Positions 16,923-26,475 of a stretch of 64,000 bases of DNA are shown piece by piece (positions within the stretch are counted from its first letter, which is position 1; each line of letters begins with the position of its first letter). The stretch is from a bacterium. Its GTDB lineage: Bacteria; UBA10199; 2-02-FULL-44-16; JAAZCA01. The DNA lies in the NCBI GenBank assembly GCA_963674695.2, contig CAXXGI010000002.1, forward strand, positions 160,001-224,000, in the 5' to 3' direction. The position numbers and the translations under genes were made by a program. The notes under the pieces are model-generated. The model searched no databases, had not been told where the DNA came from, and was given only the letters and a program-made list of their open reading frames with translations.

Positions 16923-18680
16923 TTAAGATGTTGAGAAGATTACCGAGTGCGTTGCAAACTCGTTGATCTCCATTCCTGTATCACTTGCAGGACTTACCAG
17001 ATTAAAACTTTTGACTCCTTCCACATCCTGAATGATCCAGATGAGACGATTGCGATATATCGTGGTTCCAAAATCGACCTTGGGATTGTCTCCATCGTCA
17101 CTGATGTCGCGGCCAAAGTAGTTGTTGAGAGCGGTCTTTATTGCGGCCTGAACGGTTGAGTCCTCTCCATTCTCAAAGCTATCGCCAGAGCTATTGAAAT
17201 TCGCTGTAGCACCGTCTGTCACCTCAATCGTGTAGTCGTTCCCATGAGCGCCCGGCGTCTTGACGGTCATGTTGATCGTCGCAATATCAATCTCTGCCTG
17301 AATCTCAGGGATGGCCACTTCAATGACCGTTGCCAGGTTGCTCGCCGAGGCGTTGAGATCGCCGCCCGGAAGCCAATCGACAAATACCTCGAAATCAATG
17401 CCGTTTATCGTCACCGTATCGCCGGGATCAAAATTGTTATCCAAAAGTTCTATTGAGGCAGTGGCCTTGATGCCGATGTCATTTGCATACTCTGGCATTG
17501 TCACGAGATCTCGAATATCTATAGCGATGGGGACAAACTGCGGATCGACGATGATGAGGCGCTGTGTTAGCGGCGGGGGATTATCTTCAAGCGCAAGCTC
17601 AATTTGCGCACGGAGCGCCTCCGATACAGTATCTCCCTCAGCCGGCAGAACTACCGCAAGGACGGTGTTTTCCTCGATCAGGGGATTGTCGTTTACTGTC
17701 AGAATACGGACGCGACCAATGCCGGGAACGTTTCCGATGATTGCCTCAAAATCCTCATAATCGATCGTTACCTCTTTAGCCCCGATCGATTTTGGGATGT
17801 TGATCTTGGTTATTGCCATTGCCTCTCTGTCAGCGCCGCCTTGAGACGCATCGTCATTTGTAACTGTGAGGGCTACTGGATTTCCTCCGGCGTCAATAAA
17901 TGTATCGTCCAGAATTGTAACCGTTCCCGGCGCTACGATACCCTTTGCGCCGCCTCCGACTTTATAGGCAAAGACGATTATATCTTCTACCGGCGGGATC
18001 TTGCCGTTGTTGTTGTCTCCAAAGATGACAGTTGGCCGGCCCTCGGAATCAACCTCGAGGACAAAGTGCTCGCTGTTGCCGTCAGAGTTTAAGAAATTGT
18101 CGACATGCACCCACGAGACGCCGGCTACTTTGACCCCCATCGTTCCTTCGATATATGGAACATGGCTCAAGACCGCACGATAATCAGACGTTCCGTCGCT
18201 GGTTGTTGTTTCTGTTATCGTCTCCTGATGTTTTGAACCAACTACACCGGAGATAGATCCTTCCGACATGATGAGGTTTTCGATTATCTCGAAGATCAGA
18301 CTCTCTTCACCGGTTGTCCTTGCTTGTGTTCCGACAGGGATGATCAGGTCGTTTTCGAGCGGCTGATCGTCTGCCGTGCGAAACGTAAGATCAACCGATG
18401 CGGCGACATTACTCGGAATATGATAGTCAAACTGTTTTGCGAGTTTTGTGAGATTCTTCGCCTCGGTGACTGTGGGGACAAAGTGCTGCTTTGCCTGAAA
18501 ATTTTGCATCCATGCCATGTTGGCCGAGATGAAGGCAAGCCACTCAATGAATACGACACCCTGATTGGATTCCAAGATATCCGTCCACTCTGGGAACCTT
18601 GCCTTGGCGATGCCAAAGAGGGACTCTTTAAATCCATCGAAATCAAACGGACGAAATTCTATGTTATCAAATGTTGGCAT
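16923..18680 (-). CDS. Baseplate J/gp47-family protein
   Basis: PEWTDILESNQG, VIFGDNNNGKIP, YKVGGGAKG, GGADRE, VTIDYEDFE. Confidence 0.9.
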   Translation of the reverse strand: MPTFDNIEFRPFDFDGFKESLFGIAKARFPEWTDILESNQGVVFIEWLAFISANMAWMQNFQAKQHFVPTVTEAKNLTKLAKQFDYHIPSNVAASVDLTFRTADDQPLENDLIIPVGTQARTTGEESLIFEIIENLIMSEGSISGVVGSKHQETITETTTSDGTSDYRAVLSHVPYIEGTMGVKVAGVSWVHVDNFLNSDGNSEHFVLEVDSEGRPTVIFGDNNNGKIPPVEDIIVFAYKVGGGAKGIVAPGTVTILDDTFIDAGGNPVALTVTNDDASQGGADREAMAITKINIPKSIGAKEVTIDYEDFEAIIGNVPGIGRVRILTVNDNPLIEENTVLAVVLPAEGDTVSEALRAQIELALEDNPPPLTQRLIIVDPQFVPIAIDIRDLVTMPEYANDIGIKATASIELLDNNFDPGDTVTINGIDFEVFVDWLPGGDLNASASNLATVIEVAIPEIQAEIDIATINMTVKTPGAHGNDYTIEVTDGATANFNSSGDSFENGEDSTVQAAIKTALNNYFGRDISDDGDNPKVDFGTTIYRNRLIWIIQDVEGVKSFNLVSPASDTGMEINEFATHSVIFSTS

Positions 18681-18683
18681 TGG

Positions 18684-19073
18684 CTACTCCACAAAACGTG
18701 GGAAGGCGACGGCAATGTTGTCGACGATCCCTCTGTTCATTATTACGTAGTGACCGAATATTTCGACGCGGTTTGCATCGGGATTTATATTTACAATGAC
18801 TTCATTGAGTTCTACACGCGGCTCCCATTTCTCGATCGCCTCAATTGTATATGAACGGGCCAGGGCTATTGTAATCTCGTCTATCGGTTCAAAGAGGAGT
18901 TCAGGGAGGCGGGAACCGAACTCAGGCACCATCACTCTTTCGCCAATATAGGTGCCGAGGATTTGATAGATCGAATGTTTGATCAGTATCCGTATGTCGG
19001 ATGCAAACTCGATGAATCCCTTTGCATTGATCTTCTGCGGGAACGTCATCCCATTGTCTGCAATAAGCGCCAT
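18684..19073 (-). CDS. GPW/gp25-family baseplate protein
   Basis: ILGTYIGERVMVPEFGSRL...AIEKWEPRVEL. Confidence 0.93.
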   Translation of the reverse strand: MALIADNGMTFPQKINAKGFIEFASDIRILIKHSIYQILGTYIGERVMVPEFGSRLPELLFEPIDEITIALARSYTIEAIEKWEPRVELNEVIVNINPDANRVEIFGHYVIMNRGIVDNIAVAFPRFVE

Positions 19074-19948
19074 TAGTTGACTCCTCCGGTGTTACCGCCA
19101 CCGGGCTCGACGCCGCTGTGATTATGAGTAAGGAATTTGCGCCCCTGAATAAATACGCCGCCAGCATTGATCTCGACTGTGTTACCGCCCACGTCAAAGG
19201 CGATCTGGTTGGGGCTCAATGTAATTGTGGTCGCGCCGAACTGCATCGTAGAAGCCTGCGTTGCGACAAGTGAAAAACCCGCACAGTTGATGCTTTTATT
19301 TCCTGTGAGCATCTCCGCGCTGTTTCCGTTCACCTGTTCTGTTTTATTGCCGCTGATTTGTTTGGAGTGATTCCCATCGATCTCTTCTGATTTATTGCCT
19401 GTTACATTGTGTGCAGCATTGCCACTCGTTTGAACAGACTCATCACCTTTGACCGTGAGATTCAGGTTTCCCGTCGTGGTGTCGAACTCAAATGTGTTGC
19501 CTTTCTTTATATCCGTGATCTTGAATTTCTCCGCACCCTTGGTGTCGTCCATTTCAAGAATCCAGTTTTTGGTCTTCATCACGCGGTTGTCCGGAGGATT
19601 CTTTTTCCCTTCTTTTGGAGTGTTCCCCTTGGACCATGCACCGCCTTCCCACAAGGGGTGAGATGGATCACCGTTTTCAAATGTCACCCAGACCATCGAG
19701 TCTTTAGGCGGAATCTTGAAATCACCGAAATCTTTTCCTGCAATCTGACCTCGCGGCCATGCCCACGTCTGCATAATATTCTTTGCAGCTATCTGTGGGA
19801 CATGGAGTTTCAACCGACCAAGAATATCAGGATCACGGTTGTCGACTACAAAACCGCGATACGTTCCATAATAAAGACCGAAATACTCGAAACCGTATTT
19901 TTTGACCGTATCGATGTACTCGCTTATATTTGTCGGTGTATCACCCAT
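19073..19948 (-). CDS. Baseplate spike (gpV/gp5-like)
   Basis: YRGFVVDNRDPDILGRLKLHVP, VWVTFENGDPSHPLW OB-fold; 8-residue beta-helix repeats; HNH iron-binding tip. Confidence 0.92.
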   Translation of the reverse strand: MGDTPTNISEYIDTVKKYGFEYFGLYYGTYRGFVVDNRDPDILGRLKLHVPQIAAKNIMQTWAWPRGQIAGKDFGDFKIPPKDSMVWVTFENGDPSHPLWEGGAWSKGNTPKEGKKNPPDNRVMKTKNWILEMDDTKGAEKFKITDIKKGNTFEFDTTTGNLNLTVKGDESVQTSGNAAHNVTGNKSEEIDGNHSKQISGNKTEQVNGNSAEMLTGNKSINCAGFSLVATQASTMQFGATTITLSPNQIAFDVGGNTVEINAGGVFIQGRKFLTHNHSGVEPGGGNTGGVN

Positions 19949-19950
19949 AG

Positions 19951-21210
19951 TTATAATCCCAAAAGTTCTCTTCCTCTTTGCCCGTAGGTCATCAGGCTCT
20001 TGGAACCTTTTATAATAACCTCAATTGATTCCATGGCCTTTTCGATCGGATTCTTCATATTGATCGGGCCGTTGAGACTTAAGCCCGATGGAAATATATC
20101 GGTAGCGCCGACGGCATTCCTTTTTCCCTTTACCGAGTATTTATATCCGTCAGTCAGATCATGTGTGATTGCCTCGATCTGATACATCCCCGAAAACTTT
20201 TTGCCGATTCCATGAATTTCGATAAGATCACCGCTGGCAAAAAACGGATCGTTGCTCGACGCTGATATCTCGAACTGGGCTTCAACATTACCTAGAAGTG
20301 CCTTACGCCTGTAACCCTCGACGATGGAGTTCATCTCTTCATTTGTCTTGGGCGGCAGGGGGAGCGATTTTCCTGTGGACGTTGGCAGGATCGTGTGAGG
20401 AATGGAAGCCGACAATCGCTTTAATATCTTGCTTGTAAAACTCGTTGCGTAGTTCTTTGTGGTTCTCACCGGTCCTAAGTTTTCGGTAGATACTGTCCCT
20501 TCGTCTGCCGCAAATGAGCGCGTCTTGTGCGTGAACGGATCGACCGTAACGGCTGTCGTCTGAATAGAACTCTTGGCATTGTCCTGATCTTTGACCTGTA
20601 TCTCAAATGAGAGGATTCTCGAATCCCGACCCGGCGTATAGGCAAGGCGTGCTACAGGAGGCGCATTAAGTTTGCGTTTAACAAAGTGGAGCGTATCGCC
20701 AACGACCTTGAATACATGATCCTGTGCCCGGGACTGCAGATGTTTCAGGATATCGAAATCGGTCTTTCCGCCCTGAGCAAGAAATGGGATCGCTAGTTCA
20801 AGTGCTTCTGTTTTAAGTTTCAGACCGTGCCGAAGGGCGATCTTTTTGAGGATACTCTTCATATCTGTCTTTTGAAATGTTCCCCAGTGCTCCTCGAGTT
20901 TGAGTTCAGAACCCTTGTCGAGCGCCTGAACCTCTACCAGCCCGTGGACAAATCGCGGGCGCTTGACCAGAAACTTACGCGCCTTATAGAGATGGCCGGC
21001 AAATCCCCACTGGACAATCCATTCCGTCCCTTCCTGAAACTGGTTTGAATCGACGAGCTCGTTCCAAGGATCGCTGAACGTTGCGGTCAAAAGATCGTCC
21101 TCCTTTTCGCTGTCTTCATAACGAAACTCGGTGACATGGGCGCCAAGCCCTAAGCGAAGAGGCTGACCTCTTGCCACGATCTTAACTATCACTGCTTCGG
21201 AGACTGGCAT
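19951..21210 (-). CDS. Baseplate hub / late control D-like protein
   Basis: YEDSEKEDD...QWGF, QGGKTDFDILK, GIGKKFSGMYQIEAITH. Confidence 0.85.
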   Translation of the reverse strand: MPVSEAVIVKIVARGQPLRLGLGAHVTEFRYEDSEKEDDLLTATFSDPWNELVDSNQFQEGTEWIVQWGFAGHLYKARKFLVKRPRFVHGLVEVQALDKGSELKLEEHWGTFQKTDMKSILKKIALRHGLKLKTEALELAIPFLAQGGKTDFDILKHLQSRAQDHVFKVVGDTLHFVKRKLNAPPVARLAYTPGRDSRILSFEIQVKDQDNAKSSIQTTAVTVDPFTHKTRSFAADEGTVSTENLGPVRTTKNYATSFTSKILKRLSASIPHTILPTSTGKSLPLPPKTNEEMNSIVEGYRRKALLGNVEAQFEISASSNDPFFASGDLIEIHGIGKKFSGMYQIEAITHDLTDGYKYSVKGKRNAVGATDIFPSGLSLNGPINMKNPIEKAMESIEVIIKGSKSLMTYGQRGRELLGL

Positions 21211-21511
21211 TGATATATGTCCTTTCTAACGTATCCCTGCTTGGAACACGAAGTGTCTTTCCAATAAACAACTGCGTAGCCATCGCATCGTTGATCTGGT
21301 TGTAGTGCATGATGATAAACATGTGTCGGGGATCACCTAAAAGTTTGTAGGCGACCAAATCGAGACGATCGCTTTCGCGTAGGATATAAAATTGATCGTC
21401 ATCGCGCCTGATTGGTTCAGGCAGATCAATGATCCCCCACGTATATTCACCTTGCACCTCGTCAAAATATGGATCGGCAAACTTGAAGATGGAGTCGATG
21501 CGAACTTTCAT
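21182..21511 (-). CDS. LysM-like / tail X baseplate protein
   Basis: YILRESDRLDLVAYKLLGD...IMHYN...IGKTLRVP. Confidence 0.85.
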   Translation of the reverse strand: MKVRIDSIFKFADPYFDEVQGEYTWGIIDLPEPIRRDDDQFYILRESDRLDLVAYKLLGDPRHMFIIMHYNQINDAMATQLFIGKTLRVPSRDTLERTYINASLRSSDS

Positions 21512-22152
21512 AGCCGGATCACCTCGTTATATGTTTTTGCGCGGCTCCTGATTTCAACTAGCGTAAGATTTACCTGAACCTCGCTTGGAATTTGGCTAAC
21601 TGGGTCCATCGCATCTCCCCATTGAACATTAAAATCACGCACGAGCCATCTGTCCTGCGAGTAGAGCCTCCCCTGAACAACGACAACCGGATGTGGGGCA
21701 ACGTCGAGTTCACCTCCGCTTGAATAATCGGGATAGGCAAGACTCTGTAGAAATCGGACAGAGCGCCTGATGTCGTTTCTGGCGCGTTCCTGCATTGTAA
21801 AGACAAGTGGGAGTTCCAAGACGCGCTCCTGACCGCCTTTGTAATGAAACTGTGGAACGGAACGGGCAAGAACCTGATGCGTGGCATAGTCAGCACCGCC
21901 GCTCTCACGGGCGGCAACATTATATTGAAATACGAGACGCTCCTTCGTGACCGTATCGACTATGAAACCATGATTCTTTAGAACCCTCCGAATGAAACTG
22001 GGTACGCCGCCATCCTCTGCCAGGACTCCGTAAAAGAGATCGGTGGCAAAACCTCCGATGGCAGAATCACTTGTAATGCTCGATGCCGCCATCTTTGCCG
22101 TGTCGACATATTGTCCGATATCTGTGAATAATTGAAATCCTCCAAATGCCAT
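21508..22152 (-). CDS. Tail tube initiator (CIS tube-like)
   Basis: LVFQYN...PQFHYKGGQERVLEL; lies between TMP and LysM genes. Confidence 0.75.
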   Translation of the reverse strand: MAFGGFQLFTDIGQYVDTAKMAASSITSDSAIGGFATDLFYGVLAEDGGVPSFIRRVLKNHGFIVDTVTKERLVFQYNVAARESGGADYATHQVLARSVPQFHYKGGQERVLELPLVFTMQERARNDIRRSVRFLQSLAYPDYSSGGELDVAPHPVVVVQGRLYSQDRWLVRDFNVQWGDAMDPVSQIPSEVQVNLTLVEIRSRAKTYNEVIRL

Positions 22153-24266
22153 CAGTTTGCCCTCACTGTCTGCAGTTGTTGATATTCGAAGATCACCTTG
22201 CCGACCTTTTGTTTATCCAAAATCACGTCCGCCGGCTGAATCTTTGCCGGCTGGACGTTTATGTTGTTATTGACGATAGGCGATTGAACCTGAACGTTCG
22301 GGTTGCGACTGGCCGATAGTTGCAGATTGCGGCTTTCTTCGAGGTTGCTTGTTTTTGAGAGTGCCGGAGTTGTTTCCGCGACAGTGATGCCGGCGTTTTG
22401 TTGCCTAATCTCTTCGGCACGTGCGCTGAGTGCCCCCTTGCCCTCTGAAATCTTCGAACTGATAAAGTCGCGGATCGACTTACCGGTTACGATATCCCAG
22501 CCCTCTCGCACAAACTCGAATATCTTTTTAATCTGTGGAAACTGGTTGATGAACTCTTTTACCTTCTCGATAAGATTGGTGACCCATTCAACCATGGCAG
22601 AGAATCCCTGTACCGCAGTTTCATGCAGATATTTGACTGCATCGATGATCGGCTGAAAAACCGGAAGGATGTCTGTCTTAAAGACGAGCCATGCATCCCT
22701 CATAAACTGAACTGTGGTCTTGGTGTTATCTATGATTGCCCGAAAGATAGGGACGACAACCCGCAAAATACCGCCGAATACTGCGGCCATTGCCCTGAAT
22801 ACCATCTGATAATACCAGATGACTATCTTGGCGACGGCCTTGATTATCGGCCACACGGCGTTTGCAAACTCTGTCCATGCCGCCTTGATATCCTGAATGA
22901 CGTCCTGATTCTTCTCCCAAAGTTCCTGCAGAACCGGTTTCAATGCTATGAAGGCGGCAATAACAAGGCCTACGACTATTGCAATCTTCGCAAATACGAT
23001 GAGTGCTGGAATGCTCACAAGGGCGATGACCCCCATGATAGCGGCAACGGCACCGAGCGCAACTCCAAGGGCAGCAAGGATCCCGAGGCTTCCGGCGACG
23101 ACCTTTGCAATCTTCGGGTGCTCTTCTAACCACGCACCGATCTTTTGGCCGATTTCACTGATCTTATCTACGACCGGTCCCAGCGCTTTGATCAAAGGAG
23201 TTCCGATGCTATTTTTAAGAAGCGTAATGCTCCCTTTGAACCGGTTCATCTGCTGAGAAAACGTGTTGCTCTGTATATCAAACTGTTTCTGAGTAAGTCC
23301 CGCAGAGTTTTTTACAAGATCGAGAGCTTCCTGAAAATCCTTGGCGCTGTCTCCGACCAATGGAAATAAGACACGAAGTGCCTCTGTCGATCCAAAAAGT
23401 TTGACCAGCACCTCTTCCTGACCTTGGGTCTTGTTTCTGAGTTCAGTCAAGAACTGCGAAAGTCCCTTTGTCTTTAGTGCCGTAAAATTAAATTCAAACC
23501 CTAACTTCTTTGCAATCTTCACGGCGTCAGATGTTGGTTTTTGTATATTGGCGATCATCTGAACGAGGGCAGTCGATGCCTGATTGGAGTCTTTGGTCAC
23601 ACGAGTCAGCGCCGATACGGTGGCCAGCATTTCGTCGAGTGAAATGCCCGCTGTCTTTGCAGTGCTCGTAAGAAAGGGAAGTGCCGCTGCCATTTCGTTA
23701 AGATCGGTCTGGCCGAACTGGGCGGCGGCATTTAGCTTGTCCATAACATTGGCCGCACCGCTTGCCTCAATGCCGTATGCACGAAGGGTCTTTGAGAGGA
23801 CTTTTAGAACCGGTTCAGTCTCGGCCGCTCCTGCAATGGATCCCTTGATCACTGTGTTAAAGAAATCAGTAGCCGTGCCTATATCGCTAAATCCTGCGGA
23901 TACAGCGGCAAATAGGGTAGAGGTAGCCTGCTGGACGTCAACGCCTTGAGCAATCGCGCTCTTGGCAAGGTCTGTAAACGACCTTCTTGTCTCTTCAGTA
24001 GCATCAGGCATCAGGGTGAATATCTTTGCCATGCCGGTTTCCAAATCGGCAGAGGCATTGATCAGCGCTCCAAAGGCACGACGACCGGCCATGAATATCG
24101 CGGCACCTGCAGCGGCCTGCATCGCTCCCTGCATACGCTTCATGGAGTCCACGGTATCCCGCGCCTGACCACGCATATGCTTCATCGAATTGCCGGCCTT
24201 GCCCGCTGCCGGTGAAAACCGGTCTCTAAGCGATATCGTAATACCTAATCCAAGGTCTTCTGCCAT
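22152..24266 (-). CDS. Tail tape measure protein (TP901-like core)
   Basis: LGLGITISLRDRFS N-terminus, AAQFGQTDLNEMAAAL core, hydrophobic segment and W/F periodic repeats. Confidence 0.93.
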   Translation of the reverse strand: MAEDLGLGITISLRDRFSPAAGKAGNSMKHMRGQARDTVDSMKRMQGAMQAAAGAAIFMAGRRAFGALINASADLETGMAKIFTLMPDATEETRRSFTDLAKSAIAQGVDVQQATSTLFAAVSAGFSDIGTATDFFNTVIKGSIAGAAETEPVLKVLSKTLRAYGIEASGAANVMDKLNAAAQFGQTDLNEMAAALPFLTSTAKTAGISLDEMLATVSALTRVTKDSNQASTALVQMIANIQKPTSDAVKIAKKLGFEFNFTALKTKGLSQFLTELRNKTQGQEEVLVKLFGSTEALRVLFPLVGDSAKDFQEALDLVKNSAGLTQKQFDIQSNTFSQQMNRFKGSITLLKNSIGTPLIKALGPVVDKISEIGQKIGAWLEEHPKIAKVVAGSLGILAALGVALGAVAAIMGVIALVSIPALIVFAKIAIVVGLVIAAFIALKPVLQELWEKNQDVIQDIKAAWTEFANAVWPIIKAVAKIVIWYYQMVFRAMAAVFGGILRVVVPIFRAIIDNTKTTVQFMRDAWLVFKTDILPVFQPIIDAVKYLHETAVQGFSAMVEWVTNLIEKVKEFINQFPQIKKIFEFVREGWDIVTGKSIRDFISSKISEGKGALSARAEEIRQQNAGITVAETTPALSKTSNLEESRNLQLSASRNPNVQVQSPIVNNNINVQPAKIQPADVILDKQKVGKVIFEYQQLQTVRAN

Positions 24267-24452
24267 TTACTTCCTCTTTTTTGACGCCTTCTCGATCTGT
24301 TCTCTTTCAAATTCTATCTGCCTTCGCAGTCGATCAACAAATCGGCGGCGAAGTCGTGTGGGCATATCGAGTGAACTGGAGGCAAGGTAGGAGCATCCAT
24401 TGTAGTCGAAGAAGAAGATGTCTTCGTCTACATGGAATGAGGGAATAAAAAA
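24267..24452 (-). CDS. -1 frameshift extension of the tail assembly chaperone (gpGT-like)
   Basis: T TTT TTA slippery heptamer at 24446-24452; -1 frame open to TAA at 24267-24269, abutting the TMP ATG. Confidence 0.75.
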   Translation of the reverse strand, partial: FFIPSFHVDEDIFFFDYNGCSYLASSSLDMPTRLRRRFVDRLRRQIEFEREQIEKASKKRK

Positions 24453-25159
24453 TCGAGGTTACCTACCATGTCCAAGCGGTTCATCGTCCCACAATGAGGG
24501 CACTTGATCTCCATCATCGTATCCAAGACGCATTCTGCGTTTTTCACCGCACGCCTGATATCGACGATCCACTTCGATTTTAGCTGGTCGATATTGACCG
24601 GCAGTTTGCCGGTTTCAGTTTCTTCCCACATCCGCATGCACCGAAGTTTTGTGTTAATGTCGGGGATCGTCTCTTTTGCTATCTTGGCCTCAGTCTCTCC
24701 GGTGGAAATCTCAAAGTGTATAATCCCCGGGCCAACGCTGACTTCGAATTCACGCTGGTCTCCCTTTGGGTAGGGCTTCATAGTCTCGATGGAATCATCG
24801 ATATTGATCTCATGTTCGGACTTTACGCCGCAGTTTGAACAGGCGTGTTTGTGTTCGATGATGGACCCGTGAGTCAGTTTTCGGATATGAAGAAGGATCG
24901 CCGTCCGATCGCCGGTCAGCATCTTCTTCAATTCTTTGGACGGGGGCTGCCCGCCCTTGCCATCTACCCCCTCGGTGCACGACGCCAGAAAGTCGTTGAT
25001 GACATCGAAGTTTTTGTCGTTCTCTAAGCGCGAGAGAAGGCGCTCTTCACGTCCGGTGCTTTCGAGGACTGTGATCTTTCGTCCAGAGGGGAGCGTGACT
25101 TCCACGCTCTCACGATCGATCACCTTTGAAAACGCACTGCTTGTTTTTTCGTTTGGCAT
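24428..25159 (-). CDS. Tail assembly chaperone (T4 gp26-like, two CxxC pairs)
   Basis: VTLPSG, MLTGDRTAILLHIRKLTHG, CSNC, CPHC; lies between tube and TMP. Confidence 0.8.
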   Translation of the reverse strand: MPNEKTSSAFSKVIDRESVEVTLPSGRKITVLESTGREERLLSRLENDKNFDVINDFLASCTEGVDGKGGQPPSKELKKMLTGDRTAILLHIRKLTHGSIIEHKHACSNCGVKSEHEINIDDSIETMKPYPKGDQREFEVSVGPGIIHFEISTGETEAKIAKETIPDINTKLRCMRMWEETETGKLPVNIDQLKSKWIVDIRRAVKNAECVLDTMMEIKCPHCGTMNRLDMVGNLDFLFPHSM

Positions 25160-25177
25160 AGATTCACCCCTTTATGT

Positions 25178-25642
25178 TTATGAAGTGCGGACAACATAGT
25201 CGCACGATAAGACGACACGTTCGATAAGGTCGTCACTCGAAACCTTGTCCAGTTCATCCTTTTCAATTTCCTTCGGCCAGCATCCAACCACCTGCCACTT
25301 TTCCAAGATGGTCTCGAGGTCTGGGGCCTGCAGAATGATGTAGCCGTTTCGCTTATATTCTGACGGAATCCCCATCGTGCCGGTTTCTGGATTGCTGACC
25401 TGTTTGAGCCAGTCGTAGGCCCAGTTCTCGTTCTTATCCATGAACATGAGCTTGTTGAGCTCGATATCCGCGACCTTGACCTTGCTGCCGGTCTTGATCA
25501 GGATGTTGGAGGATCCGTGTTCGGTTGCATCGACTGATACGACAGGAATTTTGACCCGCTGAACGAGGGCGGGCTCCAACCCCTCAAACTCAACAGTCCA
25601 CGGAAACTTCTTTCTGGGATTTACAGGCGTTGCTAATGGCAT
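25178..25642 (-). CDS. Tail tube protein (T4 gp19-like)
   Basis: NPRKKFPWTVEF, YKRNGYIIL, WQVVGCWP, IERVVLSCDY. Confidence 0.9.
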   Translation of the reverse strand: MPLATPVNPRKKFPWTVEFEGLEPALVQRVKIPVVSVDATEHGSSNILIKTGSKVKVADIELNKLMFMDKNENWAYDWLKQVSNPETGTMGIPSEYKRNGYIILQAPDLETILEKWQVVGCWPKEIEKDELDKVSSDDLIERVVLSCDYVVRTS

Positions 25643-25672
25643 GGCACACCTCCTTTACAGGGATATATGTTC

Positions 25673-25701
25673 TTGAAGAAAACTAAGCTGCGTGATACAG
25701 T
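25673..25701 (+). promoter_or_regulatory. Sigma70-type promoter of the protease moron
   Basis: TTGAAG-17 bp-TACAGT with extended -10 TG; AGGAGG RBS before ATG 25729. Confidence 0.55.
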
Positions 25702-25728
25702 TGAAAAAAGACACAGGAGGCAATATTT

Positions 25729-26475
25729 ATGAATTATTACGAGGAGTTAGCCAATGCTACAGTGAAAGTTGAATATAAGAATAGTTGTGGTTCCGGCTTC
25801 TTTTTTTTACAGCCGGGTATAGTTGTAACGAATCATCACGTTGTGGAAGAAGCACTTTTAACAAATGATTCAGTTATAGCAATTACTCAAGATGCAAAAA
25901 GACATCAGACTGAAATATTATCATATTCCGATAAGTCCGAACATGATTATGCAGTGTTACGGATCAAAACAGATAATGTAAATTATCCCATCCTCAAACC
26001 TAGAGATGATAGTAGAATTGTACTGGGTGAGGAAATTTTATTTTCAGGCTATCCTCATGGAATTAGTCATTTACTCATTCATAGAGCAAATATATCTTGC
26101 GTTATTAATCAAACGACTTTTTATGTTGATGGTTCTGTAAACGGTGGAAACTCCGGGGGACCTATTATTGATGTAAGCAGTGGGGATGTTGTCGGAATAA
26201 TCACTCAACGACGTTTTCTTGGTGGCTCCGAACTTTCCCAGCTAGGCAAAGAGGCAGAGGATTTATACAACTATTGTCAGGGATTACTGGTAAGCGGGAG
26301 TAGTGCGCAAATAATGGGAATCGATTTTGGTGGTTTATTATCATTAATATCTCGATCTTTATTGCTCAACAAAAAAATTCTCGTAGCCAACGCCAATACA
26401 GGAATTGGAATTGGCTACTCAATTGAACAAGCGACACAAGCAATAGAAAAATTAAACATTACCTCTACAACCTAA
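25729..26475 (+). CDS. Trypsin-like (S1) serine protease, cytoplasmic, moron
   Basis: VVTNHHVV, HDYAVL, GGNSGGP catalytic triad; AT-rich; antisense to the tail operon. Confidence 0.9.
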   Translation: MNYYEELANATVKVEYKNSCGSGFFFLQPGIVVTNHHVVEEALLTNDSVIAITQDAKRHQTEILSYSDKSEHDYAVLRIKTDNVNYPILKPRDDSRIVLGEEILFSGYPHGISHLLIHRANISCVINQTTFYVDGSVNGGNSGGPIIDVSSGDVVGIITQRRFLGGSELSQLGKEAEDLYNYCQGLLVSGSSAQIMGIDFGGLLSLISRSLLLNKKILVANANTGIGIGYSIEQATQAIEKLNITSTT

